From Bugula neritina (taxonomy: Eukaryota; Animalia; Bryozoa), in the NCBI GenBank assembly GCA_964035545.1, contig OZ037766.1, forward strand, positions 12,266,722-12,330,721: a stretch of 64,000 nt of DNA, given 5' to 3'. Made by a program: the position numbers and the translations under genes. Under the pieces are notes generated by a model that saw nothing but the letters and a program-made list of their open reading frames with translations, had not been told where the DNA came from and did not search any database. How positions within the stretch are numbered: position 1 is the first letter of the stretch; each line of letters opens with the position of its first letter. Positions 1-11,275 of the stretch are shown here, in pieces.

Positions 1-1074
1 GAGTTGTTCAAAATCTATTGCATTTGGCAAAATAATATTCTCTTTAAATTTAATTTTGCCAATTATTCAAGTTTACAGCTCAACTATAATTTAATAGATC
101 TTTTTAAAATAACTGCAAGAATTTGTTGCATCATTTGTCAAAAGGCATTTAGATGAAAAAACTATCTTTTGGCACACGAAAAGTTCCTTATTGGCTGGAA
201 AGTTCATGATTACAGATTTTTTCCTCAATTATGTCAAACATATCTAAATGAAAATCTGCACAGATATTGATGGCTTAGGTATTTGGTTTATAAAGATATG
301 TTATGTTGTTTTTTCAGCCCATCAAGCTTATACACTACTGACTACACAAGCGAAAATGCTCAATAAACAATTCGGATGAAATCACATCCTTTCCTTGTCT
401 GCTTCAACACTATCTATAATAATTACAAAGCCTGGTTGTATAAGTTACACATGTCTTGCATGACCTATTGTAAAGAATTGGTATCGTTATTGTTATTATC
501 GAAAGGATAACTCCTCGTGGCTTATTCCCTATACGCATCATGGCACGATGTCTACAAGTTCAACAGATCAATTATCGTAACAGCTGACAATTGTAATGCG
601 TATAGTCTCTCTTATACTCGGCTGGACAGTAATTGCTAGCTACTAATGTAAGCTGTGAAACAAGGCAGGACTAGTCAATTAGGAACAATAGCTAGCGTTA
701 GTAAATAGCCAATCAGCTTAGTAAAAGGTTTAAATAACTTGTGAGTAGTTGGCGATTAGCCGGCAGAGTGGATCGAGTTCTGATAATGTAAAGTTGTGTG
801 TAAATCACTCTCTATTATGTAATCGTGTGTACTAGTGTTAACAGTTTTATTTCTTATATAATTCGCAATAATGAAGTCTATTCAATTTGTTCGAAATCTG
901 GTGAAGTGGCTTTGCATAAGTAGACCCACTAATTATAGTGAATCGTAAATTCACTACACTATTAAGTCTTCACTATTTTGTCAAATTAAACATAAAACAA
1001 TTACTGTAACAATCTTTTTATTTAACCATTAATTGACCCTATTTTAAACTTCTCTACAACATATCTCAATAGTT
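1..1074. repeat. Direct copy of the far-upstream flank of paralog C (24853-25422)
   Basis: 1-468 and 959-1074 align collinearly with 24853-25422; the match runs off the left window edge. Confidence 0.85.
469..958. mobile_element. Solo LTR (490 bp, 4-bp TSD, Ty3/Gypsy-like)
   Basis: Ends TGTA...TACA, flanked by CTAT (465-468 and 959-962); the paralogous site at ~25313 has a single CTAT and no insert. Confidence 0.8.
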
Positions 1075-1284
1075 CACTTCCTAGACTGATACAGTAATTA
1101 TGAATGAAGACTGGCTAACTAAATCTAGGCACCCACTCATCATTTATTATTACTCTTGGTGTCAGATTTGATAAATTTATGGGGCGGGCTTAGTTGTGTG
1201 GACCGAGAAGACTGGCATGTACTCAAATTTTGTAACGTGTAAACAAATACTAGTGAGTCAGAATCAGGCAAAAGACTAATTACA

Positions 1285-1560
1285 GTAATAGGGGTATGAG
1301 AGAGAATAATAGGCATAAGAGAATAAATAATGACTATAACGGAGAACTGAGCAAACAATCAGGGTATGAGAGTGCATAATGAAGGTATGGGATTGAATAA
1401 TGAGCATAAAAGAGAGAGAAATAAGGGTGTGGAAATGAATAATAATGGTGTGAGACCAAATAATAGCATAGACCTAAGAACAAAAATGAATAATAAGGGT
1501 ATGAGAGCAAATTATAGACCTATGAGATCGTTTTGTGAGCATATGAGAGAGAATAATGGT
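1285..1560. repeat. Degenerate ~21-bp minisatellite (AATAATAxGGGTATGAGAG)
   Basis: Recurrent aataat..gg.atgaga units; explains ORF 1366..1563. Confidence 0.6.
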
Positions 1561-3469
1561 TAGATACTTTATTGTGAACATATGAGATGCAATAATAAGC
1601 GAATATTTGACCATTTGGCACTTCATATACATTTGGCACTTCAAAGTGTAGGCCTATCATGTGTTCATAAAACATAGTATGTGAAAAGCTCTTATTGGAA
1701 ATCTTAAAAATGCAAATATAGTACATAAAACTTTTGTATGAGGTAATTATCTTTAGACCTTAATAGATTATAGGTTATAGATGCCACTGAAGACATTTTT
1801 TTACAAAGAACTTTATAGATCATAGAATAAAAGAATAAAGATAGTATATAATCAAAACCTAGGATAGATTTTCACCAATAAGTAAAACAGCTAAATATCA
1901 TGTTTTGTAAGTCACAAGTGTCTTTTAATAGATAATAGCAAACATATATAAGAAAGCTTGAATATCAAAATTTTGCAGTTTTTCAATTAATATTATTATA
2001 GCTTTAATATTTTTAAATTCGAATCAGCTTATAATTTGCACATTACTATGTTATGCAATTTGAATACAATTTTACAGATAGGATGACACACAGTGGTTCC
2101 TGCAACTTTGTAGCATATATAAATTGTTATGCAATAAGTTTCTCTCTTAGCTCTGCTATTTGTTACTGAACTAGCTCCTGCATCTGAAACTAAAAACAAT
2201 TAGCACTAATTGAAATAGCAAAATGATGAGCAATAAGAAATAGCTACTGGTTGTGCAAATAAATGGCCAGAGGGGCTTCTAATTCCGAAAAGTACAGATA
2301 ATTACCAAAAACTCAAAAAGACCAAAACGTTTTTTCTTGTTGCAATTATGTTTGATTTTTTGAATTACAATGAAAAACTATGACTAAGTAAGTTACCTAA
2401 ATCTTTTGCTGCCATCACAATCATCCATTTATAGCCATTGGTGCACTCATTCTGCACACGTTTAGGAAGGAAACTGACATCCTGTACGAACTCATCAAAT
2501 ACTTTAACATCTACTTCTGCGTCTTCCTCATCCAGTTCCTGGTCATCGAAGTTTTCCAGGAACTCCGACACCACATCTTCGTTGTTGGTTTCACTGAAAG
2601 CAACAGGACTAATATAGCAGCTCTGATTACACGGAGACCCTAAACAGGTTGTATGCATAAATTTCACAGAACTATATACAGTCAATGTATAACATAGAGA
2701 GAAACTGCAATAGTCTACGCACCCATACTAAATCATAATTCGAAGCCTACGTTTATAGTCAACATCAAAGTCGACTTGCATAAATTGAAAAAAATATGTT
2801 AAAGCAAAACAACTATTCATTGATATAATCTAAACAAGTATGATCATATAAGATAAATTATGTAAAATTTATATATGTGTACAGATTTACATATAATGCA
2901 AGCTTATTTCATTTAGTGGATAGCCTATAAGCTACTTCCACTCAGAAATATTCTTATCTTCATACAAGATATACAAGCTGTAACAGACACATATCTACTA
3001 ACACTTTGCGCTATATGTACTATATAACAGACAAGATATTGCATACTATTCAACATATGTATGAGCTGTATCAACTGCCATTTACCTTTTGAAACAATTC
3101 AGCATGAAAAGTACCATCAGCTCGGTGGTAATATGCCACGTGTTCATCTTTGTTCAGCATAACTTGATCCTTCACCTATATTATTTTAAAGCTTTAGCAC
3201 CATTTTCAACATTTTAATATGATATGAAAATGTTAAAAACAATATACCTAAGAATACATGTACAATTAGAATTAAAAAAAATAATATGTATTTATTATTT
3301 GGTAGCCTTTTATCATATATTATCTGATTTTATTTATTACTTCTTTTTCATTTTAAACGCATTTAGTCTAGAAGTAACCAATTCAATGATTTTTCACTCA
3401 TTACGCTCTGAAGGGTGGTCACACAATTTTGTAGAAATTCAGAGTTTTAAGGGTCTTAATTAATCTGTG

Positions 3470-3780
3470 AAAACTCTAGACTGTTCTGTGCACCCAACTG
3501 GCCACAAAAGCTCCTCAAACTTTTGAAATGAATGAAGAGTTGTCTCCTCCTAATTTTTGTCTAAACCAGTTAAATATCCTGGAATTATTAAAACTACTTT
3601 TGTTTATATATATGAAAAAAAATTGCAGATGGCCATAGATGCATTTTTAAGTTTTATTGTACAGACTCTTGACTGTTTTGTCTACCCAGTTAATCACAAA
3701 AGCTCTTCAAACTTTCGAATAAGTTGTTTTTCCCTAATTTTGTATAAATCGGTTAAATATCTTGAAATTATTCAACCTAA
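3470..3780. repeat. Degenerate tandem duplication, ~190-bp period
   Basis: ACTCTAGACTGTTCTGT...CACAAAAGCTCCTCAAACTTT...CCTAATTTT...AAATATC.TG.AATTATT at ~3473 is repeated at ~3665. Confidence 0.65.
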
Positions 3781-4268
3781 AGATTCTAAATATTGTAACT
3801 AATTTTACCAAAAAAAGTAATAAGGAGCATGAACAGGTTAGTCTAGACTCTAGACTCTAGAGGATATTTTAGGTTTGTACAATTGGGCTTTACCAACAAA
3901 TTTAAATATAACTATATATTGTATAAGCAATGTTTTTAAAATGTTGGTTAAAATGCATAATTTTTATGCTATTTTAACGGTGACTTCTGAGTCAAAATTT
4001 AATTAGTTCAGTTATATTTATGAAGGAAATGCCCTAAAGCTTTGCTATAATTGAAAAAATATCATTTTATAATTATGTTTAATTAGCCACCCATTATAGA
4101 AAAAGATCTGGTGGTGTCTTATTCAAAGATCATGGGCAAGTAAGCTTCTTTTATGTGTGTCATGTGTCACAAAAGACAATAATTTCTTACTAGAAAACTA
4201 GGACAAGCTGTTCTAGAATCTAGACTAATTGAACAAATCAGAAAAACTAACATGCAGGTATCATCCTA

Positions 4269-4575
4269 ACCCCTCATTCACACTTACCGTACCGTAGGCT
4301 GTAACAGCAAAATATCAGCCGGTTTTACAAATTTCTGAGCTTCCTTTACGGCGTTGCGGTACATTAGGATCAAGCACTGCTTGATTCAAAAATGCTGCAG
4401 CGGACTTTCATTGGACAGAAAAACTTGTATGTTAACTCATTGGATATAATTATCTAATGAAGTGTCATAGATCGTACCTAATAGCAGACTTTGAAAACTT
4501 CAGCTCGAACACATTACAAATGGCTGATATTTTATGTTACGACCTACGGCATAATGGTAAGTGTGAATGAGAGGT
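4269..4575. mobile_element. MITE with long imperfect TIRs (PIF/Harbinger-like)
   Basis: CTCATTCACACTTACC...CCGTAGG...AAAATATCAGCC at the left end is mirrored by GGCTGATATTTT...CCTACGG...GGTAAGTGTGAATGAG at the right end. Superfamily assignment is tentative. Confidence 0.7.
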
Positions 4576-4899
4576 CAGTCTGAGCAGGTTAGTTATCACA
4601 GACCTAACACATTTAAGCTAAGGGTTACATAGGCATGTGTTGCCATTATAAAAATATCTCTATCCAATTTTAGGCAACATTTTTGCTATCATATCAGAAA
4701 GTATGAAAGAAGCTTAAATGATAGCTATGAAAATAGGAGTCCAAAAAAAATTTCCTCGCCAAATGCATATAAGCATTGTTATAAGTAGTTGACTTATGAT
4801 AAAAATAACTCACAAAATCATGATAACCGCTTCTAATTCCAATAAAATCGCTTTGTACGATTTTAGAGTCCAGTTCTGGTAGGCTCATAACACTTACTT

Positions 4900-6180
4900 A
4901 AAATGTTAAACCTAACCTTGTTGAACTTAATCTTATGAACCTATATGCGCTCCCATGAATTCTATTAAAAAAGAATTGACTGCAGACTGCTATGCTTCAC
5001 ACATTCTCCTGCATGCCTAAAATGTGCTATTATCTTTGATGAAATCGCAAAACTTCAAAAAGTGAAAGCTGTTCCTATACATTTGATATGCATGCTGATA
5101 CATTCCTTACAGAAATAATTGTAACGGCCCATTCCTAATATTCATGCAAAAGAGACTTTTTCTGTAACTTATCTATAGAAACCAGTTTAAGAATATGAAG
5201 AGATCAAGGCATGCTATGATATGTGGTCATGGAACAGCTGTTGTTGGTTCAAATCAATTATTTCTAGCCAGCTTTTGCAATTTCTTGGCAATTAGCAACA
5301 AGAAAAATTATAGTGCATTTTTGTGAAAAACATTGGGCGAAAAAGGCGATAGAGAAATATTTTCATAGCTATTGGGTTCAAGGAAAACTGCATTTAGCTC
5401 AAATTTTCAAAACATGGCAGAGTTCATAAGAAAATGAAAGTATAGTGTGACGAGACACAAGCCTATAAGCATGATCTTACATGCAAAATATGTCCTGAAG
5501 AATGTTCTCTCAATCAAATGTATAATAATAAAGTCACAATATTTGCAATATCTTACCATTTGAAAATGAATGTTCATTCATAGAACATGATATGGTCACA
5601 TGAGATATTTAGATACCAATTTTGCTGCAAATGAACATGGATATGAGTTGTGTGCAACACTCCCTGGCTTTCATACTCTAGCAGGTTATGATTTCATTAG
5701 CACTTGTATAAAAAAGGAAAGTGCACATTCTACTCCTACCTGAGAAAAACATTCAGAATGTGCTGAAAGCTGTTGTACAGCTTGGAAAGTACTTCAAGCC
5801 ACAACTGCAATAATCTAAATAAAAGGACCTTTGCAAATAAGCATAGATGAAGTTTGATGCGCTGTATTCTGTTTTTCTACACCGATGGCTCAATTAGCAG
5901 GTTTCCCCACAACAAAATGAACTTATGCTGCACACAAAATATTTATCAGACAGCCACTTAAAGAAGGGTAACAAATATTCGATTCCAGAATATTTTGGGT
6001 GAAAATTGTTGAGAATGGCAGCATCACTATAAAATGACTAACTCAAATGTGCCCAAAAATGCATTGAAAAAAACATATCATAATGCTGCTGTAAAACCAA
6101 TACATTCTGATGCGAATGTCAGAATTATCAAATGCAGTGCACTGGTGTATGTCAATGCAAGGATTGTTTAAACAGAAGAT
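4900..6180 (+). mobile_element. Decayed Academ-like DNA transposon fragment (XPG/PIN-like + Cys-rich C-terminus)
   Basis: Frameshifted remnants: TLPGFHTLAGYDFIST..KKGK (~5657-5725), PQQNELMLHTK..YQTA (~5907-5957), PEYFG* (~5985), and CCCKT...CECQ..QMQCTGVCQCKDCLN (~6084-6172). Order and content match the XPG + Cys-finger end of Academ-type proteins as recalled; boundaries approximate. Confidence 0.55.
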
Positions 6181-7946
6181 CCTTTGGAGAAAAATACGAA
6201 AATGGAATTAATAGCAGTAATAATAATGGTAACAAAACTTTATACAATGAAGCTCTACTTTGAAACATTTGTTATATAATTTTCTTCAAACAACAAATTT
6301 TACATTATATGCTTTAATAATTAATCATCCCCATATTCTTGTGATTTTATAATACATTTACAGAATCTTGTTCCTATTTTACAGATATTTAGTAATTACA
6401 GCTAGATCAATAAAAGACTCATGTGGTAGGTGCTCAAAAGATCTCAACATGCATCTTTAATATATAGTTTAAACACTTAATTCTTAGATACATCAGCATA
6501 AAAAACTTTCGATCTCACATAACCAGTTTCTTTTATATACTTATTTTGTTATATGCTTCTGCCAAATGTAATGTGCTATTCATATAGCAAACATGTGTCT
6601 CTAGCTGTTGACAGCTTGGTTTTGAATAGAAGGAGTATTTTGCATTTTATATATAAATAAATAAATAATTTTAAAAAAGAAACAACCAATTTTGGTTTCT
6701 CGCCAAATATTGTTGTTTATAGACAGCTAGTTAATATTTTGCATGATCTCCATTCATTTTTATTACCCATTCAAAAAGATGTATGGTTTGCTTTTTGCAA
6801 TAACTTAAGTTTGAGAAAAGATATAATTCCAGAGTTTGTAAATTCAGAATCCTTACAAAATTCTAATCTAGAAATAACTTTTTTTGAGTGGCCACCTAGT
6901 ACAGTGTAATAAGTTAATTTTTTAAAAACTTTTTGGGAGGTTACTTCTAAAGTCTAGATTTATTGAGCTTTTTTCTTTTAAGAGTATTTTATTAAAATGA
7001 TTGTTGCTACTTTCACACTCAAGACCTCTAGCAATGACTGTTGGTGTGTAAGTAGATAGTGCTGACTTATTGTTTATGGATATACAAACCCTGGCCAAAC
7101 ACCTCATAGTAAATTACTTTAAGTCTTTATGCAATAAAATAAATTTATAAAATTACTGCAATACTACTTTAAAAACTATAAAAATGTAGTATCTTCATGA
7201 TGCGTGTGATTTTATATATTACAGAAAAATAATTTTCATGAAAAAATGTATATACAATTCATTTAATTCCTTACACAGCTGCATGAAATAATTCAAATGG
7301 AGATTTTATCTTGAGAGATAATGTGCAGCAAACGATATTTATAGCGTTTATAAATTATTAAAACATCTTAGATAACAAATGCACAAGAGTTTATATATTT
7401 TAAACTCTTTACTCACATGTTGGTTGTCAGGAGTTCTAATGTTAACAGTTGCTTGGACATCTGCACTCACCCTGGTCATCTTCTCAGGCTCTTTGTGCTG
7501 GCAAACTGTATAAGTTTTAGTCAGGCCCATGTAGATAACAGCTGACACAGAAACAACCAACAGAATGGAGATAACCAGCAAGGAGACTCTAAGGAGCTTT
7601 GACTTGTAGCTTTTCTCAACCATTTGTGAACACAAAATTGAATGAATTTCTACTGTACATACCAATTTAACCTAATTATAAGCTGCTACAATGTGTAAAT
7701 CACAATAATATTTTGACTTTAACAATCTATTTTGAAAAAACTTTGCTATAAAATTATTACTTTGTTTAATTTAGTATTTAAAATTTATCAATAGTAACTT
7801 AGTGCAAGTGAAAATTTTGTTGAATGGTTTTTTAATTAAAATTGATATAAGAATATAAGTGTTAGAGAAAGCTTGCCCTAAAGTCTTCGAATGTATGTTT
7901 GTCTGAGGAGCTCATACTAATCTTTATTTTTATATAAGCTGAGAGT

Positions 7947-7982
7947 GAATGATTTTAACTGACATCACTTCAGCCTTTTATA
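7947..7982 (-). promoter_or_regulatory. TATA box + initiator, paralog A
   Basis: ttttata 7976-7982 and gaatga ~7947-7952, homologous to the B and C core promoters. Confidence 0.55.
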
Positions 7983-8392
7983 CTAGCCTGTTCCGCCTGG
8001 GGGTAGAGCTTTGCAATAGTTATGTTGAATATTTGCCAAAAAAAAGCTTGTCTTAGAAAATCAAATAGAAGTATATTCATCAATCCCAAATTAGCAAAGA
8101 TTTTGATTGACCATAAACTAAGTTGGACGTCTAAAAACTGAAATAAATAAATTTTCCCACATTCTTTTTAATGTTTGTAGTAATTATAACTGTTTGTAAA
8201 TGAAATGTTGTGTCTTTATTAGTTTAAGCTGAGAGTTAATTAAAGAGTCCCTGAAACATTTATGCAGTATCAAATTATTCACATACATATTGGCCATCAG
8301 ATAAACACATTTCAGAGTAGTATCCCCAAACATATAGCTTTTAAAAAGTTATTCTTTCGTGGCAGCTCTTGCTGATATGACGTTGTTTGGCT

Positions 8393-8898
8393 CAGTGTTC
8401 TAGGCGGTGTCATCCCAGTTAGACGCTTGCCATGGTTAGACGCTGTTTATTTATATTGGTACAATATATATTTTACGTGCAATTTATTTGGATATCATTT
8501 AAATATATGTATATTAAATAAAGCATGTATTGAGCACATAAATAAACTTCTTTGATCTGAATTAACTTATTAATTTTACATATGTTTTGCTTTTTGTTTG
8601 AACAAATATTTTGTAATTAATGAGTATTCATTAATTAATGATAATGTTTATTATTAATATATTACTGTTTTTTGTCCCACACAAATCTATGAAAACTAGA
8701 ATATTGTTCCAGATAATTCATGTTAGCTATGGTAGCTATTAGCATTTTAGCTATTTAGCAATCAATGCAATGGTTAGATAGGTGTATTACTATATAAGTA
8801 TATAGCACCGAAATAAAAAAACGGTGTCTAACTGGGAAGCATCCAAGTGGGAAATTTAGCCTAGTGTCTAACTGGGATGAATTATTTTATAGGCACTA
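8393..8898. mobile_element. Non-autonomous TIR element with subterminal CCCAGTTAGAC repeats
   Basis: TCATCCCAGTTAGACGCT (8410) is inverted by AGTGTCTAACTGGGATGA (~8863-8880), with extra degenerate copies at both ends; related motifs at ~9887-9995 and ~24230-24340. Confidence 0.5.
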
Positions 8899-11211
8899 TA
8901 GAGCAGAGAATTACCATCATTGCTGATTTTCATTGCTCGCTCTCCTTTGCTTTGCAGAACTTAAATTAATCACTAAGCTGGCTTAAATGTTTAAATGTTT
9001 AAAACACAGGCTATACTACACGCTGCTAAGTAAAAACTCGGAAAACTATCTAAATTGCTACATATGTTAACAGTCAAAGTTAACAATACTTAATATCATT
9101 TCCGTACTTTACAGTGCCTAGATTTTAGATATATTTGACATGATTGAGGAAAACATTTGTAATCATAAATTTTCCAGCCAATAAGGAACTTTTTGTGTGC
9201 CAAAAGATAGTTTTTTTATCTAAATGTCTATTGGCAAATGATGCAACAAATTATTGCAGTTATTTTAAAAAGATCTATTAAATAGTTGAGCTGTAAACTT
9301 TAATAATATTGGCACAATTAAATTTAAAGAGAATATTATCTTGCCAACTGCAATAGATTTTAGACAACTCTTTTGATGTAAAAGAATCTGCTGCTGCAAG
9401 GATATTACAATATATGCATACTCATCCAATAAGGCATTAATGGGAACTGATATCAACCAATGGGAGGGCATTAATATCTTTATTATAGTTTGTTAAGAGT
9501 ATAGTTAGTAGTTTTATAATACATTTTACGCATCAGTCAGCTCTGATGTGTATCTTTCACATCGCAGGCTGCATGGTCTGAATCTACACTCAATCCTAAT
9601 CCATGCTGTTCTTTGCTCTTTGTTCATCAACTTATAGAAAATTTGACTGTGATCAATACCTATATTGTATTTTCATTTGTAAAACATTCATGCTGCTTTC
9701 TTGCAAAATTGCTCTGGTGAAACACTCTTGACATACGTTAAATTGGTAATTATTTAAAGTCAATTTAAAAAGACAATTGTTCTCAAACCAACGTTGTAAT
9801 ATTTGTGTTCGAGGAACTGGTTAGGTGCAAGAAACATTATAATCTAACAATTTATCCCAAATGCAAAGTACCCAAGACAAGGGTTTCATCCCATTTATAG
9901 ACACTTCTCAAATCCCAAACAAGATACATATATCATACCAACAAAAATAAGTAGCTCCATGTGGAAAACCTAGTGTCTACATGGGAAGCGTCTTTCTGAA
10001 ATGGCACCAAAACAAGCAGTGCATTTGCCTTAAGGCTTTTGTGGTTTCATTTGACGCAACTGTTTCCAAACATTGAATGAAAAATTCATTAGCATAATAT
10101 GAGGCTTGGAAACGTAGCGTATTGCAATTTTCAATTTATGAATGTTAAGCTATAGAAATAATATATATTATAATTCACTTTTTTATAAGCGAATGGTACA
10201 AATAATGTTCGCCAAACCGTCAAAATTGAACGGACAATTGAGATCTTCAAAGTAACAGCTCAGACGCATTATTTTTATAATGCGTATACATAATTATATA
10301 ATGCAAAATGAATCTACATATTTAGCCCAAAAACTAGGTTTTGATATATAATGCAACACTTCACAATGTTCTGCTAATAACTGTCATCATGGATACGAAA
10401 GTTACTTTTAAAACATACAGCTACCATTAAAAAATGTAATTTTGTTTCAACTTAATAGTTTTGTTTACTATATTGATAACAGAAAATGATAGGCCTATTC
10501 TTTTTTTACTATATAAAGCATTACATTATAAATATACATTTGTGCAAATCTAGGTCTTATAGCTTCACCTTTTTTTTAAAAGATGCACATTTCTATGGGT
10601 AAGACAATGCAACAGATTTATGAAAATATAAAGCATAACTATTGATGTGACAGATAAGATGTTGCTTTAGCACAATGTATATATATAGCAAATGCACAAA
10701 ACTCTAAAAGAATTTTATTACAAATTGCAGAATGGCTACATAATATAGGCTACATAATATACACTATATTTAATGTCAATTGCCATTACCATACAAACAA
10801 CCAATTTTAATTTTTGTGAGTGCAAACTTCGTATCTTTGAGGAATTTGCCTTGTTGATTATCAATTTTTAGTGCAGAAAGGGCGTGGCATTAAAACACTA
10901 AAACAAGTTATAAACTATTTATTCTCACAATTTGGCATGAGTTGCTTATCCTGAGTGTGCATTCTTTAAAATTGGAAAAGTTAGTTTCCCCTTTTCATAG
11001 CATGATGGAAAACTACTGGCATTGGAAAAACGTTGGAGAAAGTTTCTTTTTATATTTTAGATGTTAATTGCCCTATTTAAATTTTTGTTTGCCAAAATAT
11101 TTTTCAAATTGCCAATGTGCTTCCTTTTCATATTTTTAAAATAATCTTTCTTCTTTGGCAATTACTCAACATAATTATTACAAAACTCTACCCCCAAGTG
11201 AGACAGGCTGG

Positions 11212-11247
11212 TATAAAAAGCTGCAGTTATTTTGGTTAAAATCATTC
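11212..11247 (+). promoter_or_regulatory. TATA box + initiator, paralog B
   Basis: TATAAAA at 11212 and TCATTC (TCAKTY-type Inr) at 11242-11247, ~30 nt apart; arrangement conserved in A and C. Confidence 0.65.
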
Positions 11248-11275
11248 AATCTGAGCTCATAGAATGAAGATTAGT

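Larger units (their letters stand above)
2029..7915 (-). pseudogene. BRICHOS-domain peptide precursor, paralog A (probable pseudogene)
   Basis: Exons 7915-7877, 7623-7417, 3175-3086, 2639-2397, 2183-2029. Lesions: exon-2 acceptor reads cacAA|ATG where B and C have cacAG|ATG; 13-nt deletion in exon 4 at 2620/2621 (243 vs 256 nt, frameshift); probable 2-nt frameshift in the last exon (SRAKR-ETYCITIYICYKVAGTTVCHPIC...). Intron 2 is expanded to ~4.2 kb by transposon debris. Confidence 0.75.

Noticed and set aside
9265-9471. ORF MPSHWLISVPINALLDEYAY..., also at 24752..24940
   Set aside because: Similarity reflects the recent inverted duplication; the C-termini shift frame and there is no recognisable domain. 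A degraded TE is possible.
10830-11050. NF-kB-like sites upstream of paralog B (gaggaatttgcc, ggaaaagttagtttccc)
   Set aside because: They do not fit GGGRNNYYCC; such motifs are common in AT-rich DNA.
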